This document shows positions 26,945 to 40,619 of a DNA stretch of 64,000 nt, one piece after another; the stretch's first letter is position 1, and each line of letters starts with the position of its first letter. The notes below the pieces were generated by a model that saw nothing but the letters and a program-made list of their open reading frames with translations, was not told where the DNA came from and did no database searches. A program made the position numbers and the translations under genes. Source of the DNA: Octopus vulgaris (Eukaryota); the NCBI GenBank assembly GCA_951406725.2, contig OX597819.1, positions 108,872,001 through 108,936,000 of the forward strand, read 5' to 3'.

Positions 26945-28215
26945 CTAGATTTTGTCAACTGGAGAATACTCCTTAAACAGGATTCTCCACTCTGTAGTTT
27001 GGTGATTGCTAAGAAAACTAGGAATTGATGAATGGCTTCTGAGAGCTGTGCAAGGCAAGTAAGGAAGTGCCATTAGCAAGGTGATGATTTGCAATGAGTT
27101 TGGCAAAGTGTTGCAAGTTGGCTTTTATTAAGGCTCTGTTCTCAGCCCTTTTCTGTATAATACAGCCCACTAGGCCATAACAGAAAACACTAATATTTGT
27201 TGTCCATGAGAACACCTGTATTGCAATAGTGTAGTTCTGCATCAAAGACAAAGATTTAAACAGGAAATTCCAAACTAAATTGTTAAACTTCAATGTAAAA
27301 CTAATAAAAATGTTAAACTAATAAAAACTAATAAAAATGTTAAACTAATAAAAATGTTAACCTAATAAAAACTAAAGATTTTGTTAGCAGGAAAGAATAC
27401 TTCTTTCTTCCTTTCTGCAGCTTTTGAGGAAATGGTCATGCACAATATCCAGAAAAGAAGAGATTGGAATTCCATTTAGAGTATCCAGTGTAACCTATGC
27501 ATGCGCAGGTGGTGAAGAGGAATTGAATACAGGCAGAGAAAGAAGACTTCCTATGTTATAGATGCAAATGATTAGCAGTAAGAGTACACATGATATAAAT
27601 TCTTTCAATTGTTCAGAAAGCTCTCTAGAATTAGTGAGCAGTTTTTATTATCTTTGTAGCCTAATTAGTGGTGGCTGAAGGTGTTCTGAAAGCATATTTT
27701 CAAGAATAAACATAGGCTGGAAAACCTTCAGAATGCTATCATCTTTACAGGAAACAAAGGATTTGGTTTTCAGAATGAAAGCTAGTTTTTATGATGTTTG
27801 TGCACAAATTCTGGTGCTGAATAGTAGTAAGATATGGGTTTTGAAAGTGGAGGATTTATGAATATTGGATAGAACTGAGACAAGGATGATCCACTGGAAG
27901 TGTAATATTGGTCTACATCAACAACAGAGCTCAAATGGACTGGGAGAAAAACTGAATTTTAGAGGAAACAGATGCATACAAAAAAGAAAACTAGAGTTGT
28001 ATGGGCATGAGGTGCATATTGAGGATGTCTCTTGTATAAAGAAACGCCAAACACTATGAATGGATGGAGCCTGACGAAGACAAAAGATGAATTAGTGAAG
28101 ACTGATCTCAAGAGATAACAGGTGCCTGCAACAAGTAGCAAAAGAGTGTTGACATGACCCACCCAGCCTACATAAGCTTGGAAAAACCTATGTAGATATT
28201 TGAAAAAAATAATGA
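26945..28215 (+). mobile_element. Heavily decayed RTE-clade LINE 3' part
   Basis: LRKLGIDEWLLRAV (~27010), RTETRMIHW, LYGH; RTE-like 3' end ACCCACCCAGC...GGAAAA. Confidence 0.7.
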
Positions 28216-28586
28216 TGACAGTGGTGGTGGTGGTAATGGAGATTGTGATGTATGTGATGTGTAATATTTACATTTTGGTTTCTTACCAATTATATTCATG
28301 ATAATTCTTAATCTACCGTTCTCTTAACTTTCTTCATTATTTCTCATCTATCACTCATCTCCTTCCCTATTACCATGCCTCCCAACTATGACTATCTCTC
28401 TCCCATTTTGCTATCTGTGTATCAAGGAATGACAAAAAATTGGTTCTGTCCACATCATCACCTTCATTCATTGCTAATTACCACTTCCTCTCCCTCTACG
28501 TCTCTCTCTCTCTCATTTCTATTACTCCCCTCCTCAATTATTATCTGATCTTTTTCTGTTTGTCTATCTGTCACCTTGTCTGTCTG

Positions 28587-28634
<48 letters not shown>

Positions 28635-29199
28635 CTCTCTTCTCTGTCAGCTCATTTGTGATTTGTTGTTCAATATTAAACAATAAGGAATCTCAATCTA
28701 ATGCTTCATAAATGTATTTGTAAATTAATTACATGAATGAAGAACACGAATGGCTTATAATAGCTGTATTAGTTAAAAAAATGAAATATGTATACAATAA
28801 TGAAAGTATTGTACTGTTTCACTTTCAGAATATTTAAAAATGCTGTTGTTTCAATTTATTAAGGATGAAAACAAATTATATTTATATGCTTCAAATAAAA
28901 GCAAAATATATTTATAAACTTCAAATGCCAACAAAATGTATTTTATACTTCAAATGCAAGCAAAATATATTAAATTTTATATTTTTTACTGATTATATAA
29001 GAACAGATGTAGCTGTGTGGTGGAGAAGCTTCATTCCCAAACACGTAGTCTCAGGTTTAGTCCCACTTCATTGTACCTTGGGCAAGTGTCCTTTACAGTG
29101 GCTTCAGACTGACCAAAGTCTTGTGAGTTTAACAGCTGGAAAATGAAAGAAATCTGTCAGACACACACACACATACATATGTATATGTATATATATTCT

Positions 29200-30403
29200 T
29201 TTACTTGTTTCAGTCATTTGACTGAGGCCATGTTGGAGCACTACCTTCAGTCAAACAAATGGACCCTGGGAATTATTCTTTGTAAGCCTCATAGTTATTC
29301 TATCGGTCACTTTTGCACAGCTGCTAACTTACAGGGATGTAAACACACCAAAATTGGTTGTCAAACAATCATGGGGGAACAAACACACAAACACACACAC
29401 ACACACACACACATTGCCATCTTAAGTCATGTGCATACAGGGCAGTTGCCTGAGGCCTCATGGGTCTAGAGCCCCAATTTTGATCCATGTATACAATCAA
29501 TAAATACATACTATAGGGCCCAGTATATTGATTTGCTCAGGGGCCTTTTATGTTGCTAAATTGATCCTGCATATATATATATGTATTCTTATTATTTTAT
29601 TCTTTTACTTGTTTCAGTCAATAGACTGTGGCCATACTGGTGCACCACCTTTAGCTGAACAAATTGACCCCAGGACATTCTTTGTAAGCCTAGTACTTAT
29701 TCTATCGATCCCTGTTGCCAAACCGCTAAGCTACAGGAACATAAACACAGATACACAATCATTCATATACATACACACACATATATATACAGTGGGTTTC
29801 TTTCAGTTTCCATTTAACAAATCCACTCAAAAGGCTTTGGTTGGCCCGAGACTATAGTAAAAGACACTTGCCCAAAGTGCCACACAGTGGAACTGAACCC
29901 AGAATCATGTGGTTAGTAAGCAAGCTACTTACCACACAGCCCCTTCTGTGCACATGTTTGTGTGTCCCCTTTTTTTCACATCATGCCATATTAGTAAAGG
30001 AGCAGCACCATCATACAAGCAATGTTGCTCATTTCCAGTGTTCCATGATGCTGGTGTTGGTGATGACAAAATGACTCTTTGATTTTCAAAACATAATAAT
30101 GCAAACATTGCTAGTTTTATCGTTAAATTTTTTTTCATTTTTTACATCACAAATAAGAACCAAATTAGCTGAAATTCAAAGTAAAGAATGCAAACAGCAA
30201 TATGTTAATATAATAATGCATACTAGATTTATATATATATCATCATCATCATCGTTTAACGTCCGTTTTCCGCGCTAGCACGGGTTGGACGGTTCGACCG
30301 GGGTCTGGGGAGCCAGGGGCTGCTCCAGGCTCCAGTCTGATCTGGCAGTGTTTCTACAGCTGGATGCCCTTCCTAACGCCAACCACTCCGCGTTAGGAAG
30401 GGC

Positions 30404-30474
<71 letters not shown>

Positions 30475-31312
30475 GTAGGTACAGTGAGTAATTTATTTTA
30501 GTACCACTAAATTGAATTTCTCTCCCCTGTGGACTCGCAAATAAATTCCCTAATATCAATAATTATATATATATATATATATATATATTCTTTTATTCTT
30601 TCATTTGTTTCAGTCATTTGACTGAAGCCATGCTGGAGCGCTGCCATTAGTTGAACAAATCGACCACTGGATTTATTCTTCGTGAACCTAGTAATTATCC
30701 TATCAGTCTCTTTTGCCAAACCACTAAGTTACAGGGACATATACACACCAACATCACTTGTCAAGCAATGATGGAGGGACAAGCACAGACACTCAAACAT
30801 ACACACACATATACATATATCCATGATGGGCTTCTTTCAGTTACCGTCTACCAAATCCACTCACAAGGCTTTGGCTGGCCCAAGGCTAAGATACTGGCCG
30901 AAGGTGTCATGCAGTGGGACTGAACCTGGAACCATGTGGCTGGTAAGCAAGCTACTTACCACACTGGCATTCAATTCTGAGACCCCCTTTGGTCACAACA
31001 CTGACCATGGGATTGCATCTAGAAATTTACCCTCCCAGGCACAAGTCTGGGCAAGGTTGTTTATGGAAGACCAGCAGTCGCCCATGCATACTGACCTTCC
31101 CTCTCCATGCCACCAGTGTCATCCACGGGAAAGACAAGGGCCGATACAGCTTGGCACCTGTGACATCACAACTCATTTCTACAGCTGAGTGAACTGGAGC
31201 AACGTGAAATATAGTGTCTTGCTCAAGAACACAACACGCAGTCCAGTCTGGGATTCGAGCTCACAACCTCCCGATCGTAAGCTCAATGCTCTAATCACTG
31301 AGCTATGCACCT
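29200..31312 (-). mobile_element. Cluster of CORE-type and other tRNA SINE copies
   Basis: Repeated TTTACTTGTTTCAGTCATTTGACTG ends and GACACTTGCCCAAGG core; also at 33488-33860 and 62345-62790 (+). Confidence 0.8.
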
Positions 31313-31420
31313 TCACAATATTTATGTAGATTTTATAGTGAATATAAATACATCTTTTATCACATAGAATTTCCAAAGGCAACTAGTTTATATTCATTGT
31401 TATAAACAACTTTAATCATG

Positions 31421-31456
<36 letters not shown>

Positions 31457-31789
31457 GCATGAAAATTTTCAACTTCAAATTATTATTTGATTTATTGGAA
31501 TTTATTTTATGAAAAATTATTTATTTAAAAAAAAAAAAGACTTATCCAATGTTGATTATTTACTGTTTGTATTTTGTAGTCCATTAATAGATTTTTCACA
31601 CTCAACATTACTTTTGAAATTTTGCTAATTAAGGTTGCTTTTTAGTGTGAACAATGGTGAGGAAATTCTCACAGTTAATGTTAAATAAGTGATTACCATG
31701 ATAGCTGTAATGTGTTCAGGAGAGAAAATCAAAACAATTGTATTTGACTTGCAAGATTCTTGATGTGAACTTCCATGTTGAAACAAATC

Positions 31790-32122
31790 ATATTTGGGAG
31801 GGTCATAACATCAATAATAAACACAAACATTGGCTTGATTTCACTTCTTTATTATCAGTCAATTGGCTAATTATTTAACCAACTCACTAATCAATTCCTT
31901 GTGTAATCACTTAGTTAATCACTCAATCAATTCATTGTATGTCAAAGTCCTTTTATCACCATTTGTGATCTCATCAAGGGCATGCCCTCTCTATTCCAGA
32001 GGGATCAAGCAAGCAATTGATTAGTTAGTTGACTAAATAACTAGCCAGTTGACTAATAATAAAGAAGCGAGATTGAACTAGTGAGTGTGTTTTGTATTGG
32101 CATAATAACCTTCCCAAGATAC
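31790..32122. repeat. Imperfect inverted repeat, ~110-bp arms
   Basis: CTTCTTTATTATCAGTCAATTGGCTAATTATTTAACCAACT / AGTTGACTAAATAACTAGCCAGTTGACTAATAATAAAGAAG. Confidence 0.7.
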
Positions 32123-34485
32123 AACAAAGTGATTGTAGAATTATGGTAAAAAAGCATATTTTTTTTGTTTTTAACATCTTCAGAAACACTCCTTGGTAAA
32201 GATGAAACAGATTTCATGGATAATGAATCAGATGAAGAAATTCAATTGTTGTGGAAGTGTTATAAGACTTTCCACAAGGTCTAAGTTTTGACATATTTAT
32301 TACTGTCATTGGTTCTTGTTAATATCTATCATGTGAGGCGAGCTGGCAGAAACGTTAGAACGCCAGGCGAAATGCTTAGCAGTATTTTGTCTGTCTTTAC
32401 GTTCTAAGTTCAAATTCTACCGAGGTCAACTTTGTCTTAAGTACCAGTTGTGTACTGGGGTCATTCTTATTGACTGCTCCCCACCTCCCCAAAAATTTCG
32501 GGCCTTGTGCCTAGAGTAGAAAAGAATATCATATGAGCTAAATGACTGCACAATAGCCAAAATTGCTAAGGAATATGAAGTTTTCAGAAATCATCACTGC
32601 CATCACCACCACCACTACCACCACCACCACCACCACCACCATTATCATCATCATCATGTAACGTTGCCTTCCATACTGGCATTAGTTGGATTGTTTGACA
32701 AAGTGTAATGAGTCAAAGGACTGCATCATGCATCAGTGATATTTTTGGCATAATTTCTTATTTCTTTACTGCCCACAAGGGGCTAAACATAGAGAGGACA
32801 AACAAGAACAAACAAAGGGATTAAGTCGATTACATCGACCCCAGTGCCTAACTGGAACTTAATTTATCGACCACCGAAAGGATGAAAAGCAAAGTCGACC
32901 TTGGCGGAACTTGAACTCAGAACATAACGACAGACAAAATACGGCTACGCATTTTGCCCAGCGTGCTAACGTTTCTGCATAATTTCTATGGCTGGTTGCT
33001 CTCCCTAATGATGTCCACTTTACAGAATATACTGGATGCTTTTTCTTCAGCACCAGTATCACAGAAGAAAAAAAGCCAAAACAAAAAAAAAGCAGAAACA
33101 GGGGCTTCAGTTCAATAACAATCCCAAAATATTTAAACAAAGCATATTCTAATATTGGTTTCAAATTTTTGCACAAGGCTAGCAATTTCAGGAGAATGGG
33201 TAAGTCAATTACATTAACCCCTGTGCTCAACTGATACTTATTTTCTTGACCCTGAAAGGATGAGAGGCAAGTTGACCTCAGCAGAATTTAGAACTCATAA
33301 CAAAGATGCATGAAATGCTACCAAGCATTTTACCTGACATTGTATATTCTAATATTAAAAAGTGATTCTTTTTTTGTGTTCTGAAGCAATAGACACTTTC
33401 TTTTAATATGTTATTATTAATATGTACCTGGAATTGAAGACTTCTGCTCAGTCAAAATGTTAAATTAGCAGAATTCAAAATTAATACTCTTTTACTTGTT
33501 TCAGTCATTTAACTGTGGCCGTGCTGGAGCACCACCTTTAGTCGAGCAAATCGACCCCAGGACTTATTCTTTGTAAGCCTAATACTCATTCTATCGGTCT
33601 CTTTTGCCAAACTGCTAAGTTACGGGGACTTAAACACACCAGCATCGGTTGTCAAGCAATGTTGGTGGGACAAACACAGACACACAAACATATATATATA
33701 TATACATATATACAACAGTCTTCTTTCAGTTTCTGTCTACCAAATCCACTCACAAGGCTTTAGTATAAGACACTTGCCCAAGGTGCCACACAGTGGGACT
33801 GAACTCAAAACCATGTGGTTGGTAAGCAAAGCTACTTACCACACAGCCACTCCTATGCCCACGATTATTTTTTTATTGTTCCTTTCTGGAACTGGACTGT
33901 TGATATATTCCATTAACTTGAATATTCTTATATGTCATTGAATGAATAAAAGTGTCTCAATAATTTGTGGTTCTTCTTCATTATTACTCTGCATTTGACT
34001 TAGTTAATATATTGAGTTTCAAAACAAAACTAAATGGATAAAATTTGAAAAAGATATCGAATGAAAAGAACATATCTAAATATATTTGAAATACATTCAT
34101 GCACTTACATACACACACAGTGTCTATCAAAGTACAAAAGAAAGAAAATAGTCAAGTTTAAACTTTAAAAGATTTTTTTCTTTAACATGCAAAACTAAAT
34201 TTAATGTGAAATAAAAGGAATGAGAAGACATATCTGAACATATTTCATGTGTGTGTGTGTGTGTGTGTGTGTATTTGTATGATATATATTCTTTCTTGTC
34301 TATTTTGTGATTCAGTTATATTTCTGAAATGCTCAGAACTGTTTTAATTTTTCATACATTTTGCTTCATTTTGAAATGTAGGGTAATAATGAAGAAATAT
34401 TTGATTTGTTCTTGGTGATGTCATTACAATTTTTTTTTATCCCACATGCACTTCATTACAATAGAATTTCACTTATACATACATG

Positions 34486-34517
<32 letters not shown>

Positions 34518-35982
34518 CGAGTTGTTGTTGCTGAAATACCAACATCAAACTGTGATACTGCATGACCTTTCTTGACCAATCACAGGCTAATGCCCAGCAA
34601 TAATCAGTGACTCTCTCCTATCAACATCTTTTAATTCCAAAGGCTGAAGACTAACATCATGCTTGAAACTTAAAGTACCAAGGAATTTGAATCAAACTGT
34701 TTGATCCATATGTGTGTATGTGTGTGTGCGTTTATCAGTGTAGCTAGAAGAAGGTGCAAGTTTCCAATTTTGTGATGCTGTTCATCTAGAAAGACACTAA
34801 TGAAACTAGAAATGGTAGACTATGCATGACTGAGAAGTTCCATATTCTGAAATTGGCAGTGATGTAACTGAACCAAAGACCCCAGATATTATTTACCTGC
34901 CATTAACAGACTACATCTGTTCAAGAACGTTTAACAACCCAAAGAAGCAGTTGAAACTGCCCAGCATTCAAGATTGATGCATTTTAGATACACGCTGATG
35001 CCAAAAAGCCAAACCAGAGTTCTCTACGCCACACAGTAGCTGCAACATCATCAGCAGCCTTAACATAATACCTAAAGTGTGGCTAATGAAGACCAATTTC
35101 AGCTTTACCCCGATCACCTCCATCACTCTCTCTTCTAAAATGTGAGCAGTGATGTGGCCCTGCCACAGTAAGAAACCTGTTCTGCTAATACCCTTTCTCT
35201 TACACTTTAACTCCTCATCTCCTAGCATAAAATCGCCTTTCTCAGGATTCATAATCTTGATGACAGCATGGCCACCTCACTAGTGCTGGTGGCACGAAAA
35301 AAAGCTCCCAACACACGTTATAAAGGGGTTGGCATTAGGACGGACATCAAACCTTATTAACGAAGACAGTGAAATCCAATGGCATTTTTGTATGCGTCAG
35401 ATCCTGTCAAACCGTCCAACCCACATTGGAATGTAGACGTTAAATGATGGTGATGATAATTACGATGATGATGAGGATGATGTTGAGGAGGAAGATATAT
35501 CCATACGTATATACACATGCATACTCATATATGCACATATACTGGTGAACGTTTGCGTTAACAAAGAAAAATACTTAATAAATATAGCAGAGTTTGTGTA
35601 TTTTATTAAAAGATAAAGCTTCTCGAATCCTTATTGACTGAGTTTTACGTTGCCTAATTTTCAAACAATTGAAATAGAATGACAATAGAATGAAATAGAA
35701 TGATAATATGTAAGCAAAAATATTCATAAACGTATTAGCTATCGATATTTGACTGATTACTTAAAATCATTAAGCAATGCATCACACATTCGATTTTTAT
35801 ATGCAGAACACATCACATATTCACATGCAAAACGTGATGTGTTCAGTATCATATTTATAAAACATGCAAAATCAAAGAACATAGCTATTTTTAGTTAAGT
35901 TTATTTGTTGATGAATTAGTGATTTTTTTTTCAATACACAACTATTTTTCCGAATAAGGCTAATCCAATGTGCGAGAAGACA

Positions 35983-36250
35983 CTATTTTCGCTCGCTGGT
36001 AGTTGGAAATTCTTCAATAAATTGCCATGAAATATGTACAAGAGTACATATTCGGATCTTTTGTTTAAAATTACGAAAAGGCTCTAAGATATTAAACATT
36101 TCCAAGAGACAAAGATCACATTTTCTAGAACAATTATGCATGGACCATTTGACTATATAACTGTTTATATTATCACTCTTCAAGCTCCCGAAATGTTTGG
36201 AAAAAGAGGTAGCGAGGCGACTTTCGGAGTGCCTGAATATACACAAACAT
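35983..36250 (-). mobile_element. Penelope-like (Naiad-type) GIY-YIG C-terminal remnant
   Basis: ATSFSKH...VKWS...KCDLCLLE; shifted frame gives LNKRSE. Confidence 0.6.
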
Positions 36251-36934
36251 GTTGCAGGAATCTTATCATAAATGCATTTTCAGTAAGTCTTACATTGCAT
36301 TTTATTTCCTTGATATTTGTATTAGAAACGTCATCTCAGTAAAGTAATGCTTTAAGAAGGCATATATCCGTGAGAGAGCATACATTAGCATTGTTATAAT
36401 TACACAGAAAAGAAAAGGCATTTTTTTTTTTAGGAAGCTGTGTTCTTTCAGTTTCTAATTTTTGCATTTATGAGTATTAGTTTGTGCTGTATGCTATCTT
36501 TGAAGCGAATGTCTTGAAATAATGTGTAGCACGGTGACATATTCTTCATCAGAAGATAAGCTGGACATTCACTTAATGATATTATTAACTGTCTAAAAAT
36601 TATTGAATTATGGTCGGAATGTATTTTAAAATGCTGCAATTTATTGTTAGATTAACTATAAAAACAGCATTTCCTTGATTCCGTTCTAGAGTTATCAACT
36701 CCTGATGAATTTCAGGTATATGGTGTGGTGATATGCGATGTATCTTAGGCATTTAAACCATGCCGAAATCCTTCTCTCTCCAGATTTGACCACAGCCGAT
36801 TCTTTCAGGTAAAAAGAGCAAAGAGGAAAAGATAAAGAAATTTTAGTTTTGGTACTTTATTTATTGTCTGTGGCAAAATTTGAACTCAGAGGACAGGGAA
36901 CCGAAACAAATACCGCACAAGATTCTATCAACTC

Positions 36935-37160
36935 TACAAGTTCGCCAACTTAAGCATTTATGAATGCTTACTTTAATTCATAGTGATGTCTAAGAAATCA
37001 CCAATATGAATCTATCGGGCCTAATGTGGCCTTTAAAATGTGATCTTTGTATCTCGAGAAGAATAACATTTTTTAATTTCAAACAAAAGGTCGAAATAGG
37101 TGAACTCCTGTACACATTCCTATCGCTATTTATTGACGAATTTTCAACTGGTGAAAATAA
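36935..37160 (+). mobile_element. Second Penelope-like GIY-YIG remnant, opposite orientation
   Basis: KCDLCI, then NKRS and VNSCTH across frameshifts; DNA similar to 36010-36125. Confidence 0.55.
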
Positions 37161-37747
37161 TTTAAGCTTTACATGCTGGATTTGCTTCCCTGAAAGACGG
37201 ATTACTCATTACACACGCGCACTCAAAAGTAAAGAAAGAAACCAGTTATTCATCAACGCTAAGACTTCATTAATAATAGCTATGTACGAGGTGTTTATAA
37301 ATGTCGTTGCTTACGTATTGTCTATTTTAATGATTTTTCAGCAATCACCATCGCTCAGAGTAACGACCAAAACAAAAGCTCCAGCTCCTAATCACGCAAA
37401 AAAAAAAAAAACCTCATACATACGTACATACAAACGAATGCATGCGCCTCCCCCCCCCGCCATACACAAATGTTAAATTAAAGTTAATAATTTACAGCAA
37501 GTTTTAAAATACAATAAAATCTTTACTGATAGGGAGATTCAATATTGAAGGTAGAGTTAAATTTATTATAAAAATCGATTTTACTAGGACTTACAGTTTC
37601 GTTTGACGACTTATTTAACTAGTACCCTTACAGGATCTAGTCTGTTTCATTTGCAAAATCGCCCCCCCCTCCCGTCACTTAATTTTGTTCAGATTGCTTT
37701 CAATTTTGCTGTATTGATGCTGTTCTGAATTTTGATTACACTCAATG

Positions 37748-38433
37748 GATCTTTTCGGTTTGAACGGCAGTTTTTTCTAACGGTGTCATATGAAATTGTC
37801 ACCCATAATTATGACCCTAATATCGATCTATTGCATTTCAATCTGTTTTAGGGTTAGGGTGGGGGAAGGGTATCTTTTTTTCTTCAGTAATGTAAATAAA
37901 CACAAATCTGTTTCTTAAACGAGGGACATATTCATACGGCACAGAATGTTTTCACCTCAATTAGACGTTATTGATTGGTTGAAATTGCAGAAATTGAAGA
38001 AAAAAAACAACAAATATCTTACAAACTATACAATTTTCTCGGATCTTTTCGGTTTGAACGGCAGTTTTTAACATAATTTCTAGGTAACTAAAAAATGTTA
38101 AACTTCGTATACTGGTAGAATGTGTTTATAAAACATCATTTTCTCTTGGCTTTCTTGAGAAAATTCTGTAGTTTGTAACATATTTCGTCTTTAATTTCTT
38201 GCATTTCGGCAATTTTAACCAATCTATTGACCGTCTATTGAGGTGAAAGCATTCTGTGCCGTATGAATATGTCCCTCCTTTAAGAAACAGATTGGCTTTA
38301 TTTACATTTGTGAAGAAAGAAAGATACCCTTCCTCCACCCTTAACCCTAAATCTAAAATAGATTGAAATACAATAGATCGATTCTAGGGTCATAATTATG
38401 GGCGACAATTTCATTTGACACCGCTAGAGAAAA
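37748..38433. mobile_element. Two Merlin-like MITE copies in opposite orientation (nested, truncated)
   Basis: TIR GGATCTTTTCGGTTTGAACGGCAG at 37748 and 38041; bodies are reverse complements. Confidence 0.85.
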
Positions 38434-40457
38434 TAGCAGATGAACTAACATGTTACCAGATGGCTTGATATATTAACAGCAATGAGCCAGCATGGAAACT
38501 TTTCAATTTTCCAATTCATGAAAAGTATCCAACAATAGTTCATCTTGCCGTACATTTAGGAAATGGGCAGCGTGTAGTCTTCAATCCTAAAAATCCTCAG
38601 CAGGTTATGCAGCAACATTTACTTCCTTCTTTAAACTTTGTAATCAGAGCTCATTTCAAACAAGTCCTAAACTTCTATACATAGATTCAAACTAATAACA
38701 TAGAGAAAAGGAGGGCAAGAGAGTGAGATGTTGAAGGAGGTCTGGAATTAAGAAAGATGATGCACTTGGAAGGGTCTATACCAGGGGTGGGCAAACTACG
38801 GCCCGCGGGCCGCATACGGCCCGCCATAGGTTTTCATGCGGCCCGCCGAGAGCTTTTATGAATCCCAACTTCTATGCAGATACTTCGTAACTGTACGGTA
38901 ATTCACAATATTTTCACTTGATTTTTATAAATGAGGCCCGCCAAGGTTCCAAAGACGCACTGTGCAGCCCGCGATCAAAAAAGTTTGCCCACCCCTGGTC
39001 TATACTGTACATCCAAACAACTTTGAATGCTATTTTCTTCGTATTTTACTTCATGTGGTTAGAGGGCCGAAGTCTTTTCAAGATCTGAGAATGGTTAATG
39101 GTCAACCATGTGAAACTTATTGTGAATCATGTCACAGACAAGGACTTGTTATAAAATGATTCTCACTGGGATGATACGTTAACTGAAGCTGCCGTTTCAA
39201 GTTCTCCCACTCATTTCAGGAATTTATTTGCAATAATGCTTCACTCATGTGACCTGTTCAATCCTAAACAGCTATGGGAGAATCACAAGCATAAACTAAG
39301 TGAGGGTGTTCTCAAACGTTCTCCAACAAACTTGCTTCATTGTTTGGGATGAGTGTACTTGATCGTGGTTGGGATGAGGCACTTGATCGTACCCTCTAAG
39401 ACATAAAAAACAATAGCACACTCGTGGAGTAACAGTTCTTGCAGGAGATTTTCGTCAAACATTGCCAGTTATCCCAAAAGGATCAAAAGCTGATGAAATA
39501 AATGCATGCTTTAAAAAGTCGTACATTTGGAGACGTGAAGAAAACTTCATCTTACAAGCAACGTGAGAGTACTTCTACACGGTGATCATACAGCTGGTGA
39601 ATTCTCAGAGGAGCTTCTTAAGACTTCAGCAACATGAAATTACATGCGGTCAAATGGTTACGTTTTCTTATGGACCTTATGGATAAAGTATTTCCTAATT
39701 TATCTGTCAACTACACTGATATAAACTGGCTATGTGAAAGAGTTATACTGGCTTCAACTAATGAAATGGTTGATAAACTCAATCATGGACTTCTTCAAAA
39801 GTTAACAGATACATCAGAAATGATCTTTCCATCAACTGACACAACAGTCGATCAAGATCAGGCTGTTCAATGCCCTGTCGAATTTCTGAACACATTCAAA
39901 CCCACAGAGATGCCACCACATAATTTGACACTAAAGCTGAATGTTCCCATTATGTTGCTTAGGAATCTTGACCCACCTCGCCTGTGTAATGGAACTCGCT
40001 TAATCATTACTTCCATGAAGCCCCATGTCCTACAAGCAACAATCATAACAGGTAGTCACAAAGAGGAAATGTTTTTATTCCAAAAATTCCTATCATACCT
40101 ATTTCAATCAACAAATCTCAGGGTCAATCCCGCAAGGTAGTTAGACTTGATCTCTCTAATACATGCTTCTCTCACGGCCAACTCTATGTTGCTTGATCAC
40201 GAGTTGGACACCAACAAAAAATTTATTCATTTGGACACCAACAAAAAATTTACACAATCACTAGTGTTTACTCTGAGGTGCTTCAAGATTGACAGATTTT
40301 CAGTTCTAAATTCTATTGGCATTACAATTGGGATTTTTAAAACTAAAATATAGATATTTAAAAAATAATGAGAAAAAAAAATATATCTTCATATTTATTG
40401 TTTACTAATCTGAATAAGAACAGCAGTAACCCGGGCAACGGCGGGTCTTTCAGCTAG
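38434..40457 (+). mobile_element. Helitron remnant (decayed Rep/PIF1 helicase, intact 3' end)
   Basis: FPIHEKYPTIVHLAVHLGNGQRV; GRVY|TVHP..YFLRILLHVVRGPKSF; GDFRQTLPV; PPHNLTLKLNVPIMLLRNLDPPRLCNGTRL; terminal CCCG..CGGG hairpin plus CTAG-T. Confidence 0.92.
38782..38997. mobile_element. hAT (Charlie-like) MITE inserted in the Helitron ORF
   Basis: TIR CAGGGGTGGGCAAACT / AGTTTGCCCACCCCTG; perfect 8-bp TSD GTCTATAC. Confidence 0.95.
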
Positions 40458-40619
40458 TGTGTATGAACAGACAATATATGTCTGTTTATAATAAACAAGC
40501 ACATATCCATATCTACATGATGACACACATACACTCACACACACATGCACACACACACGCACACATGCACACGCACGCAAACACACACGTACGCACACAC
40601 ACGCATGCATGCACACACT

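Noticed and set aside
34740-35255. Complex segment possibly coding
   Set aside because: No recognisable motif; the plus frame checked has stops and the 94-aa minus ORF is uninformative.
35630-35670. Minus-strand TTGAAAA...AAAACTCAGTC hammerhead candidate
   Set aside because: No stem II and poor stem I.
35800-35855. Hairpin downstream of the GIY-YIG remnant as a SECIS
   Set aside because: Lacks the apical AA and 3' GA; no in-frame UGA at cysteine positions seen.
36700-36775. CTGATGA...GAAA hammerhead candidate
   Set aside because: Stems II and III do not pair.
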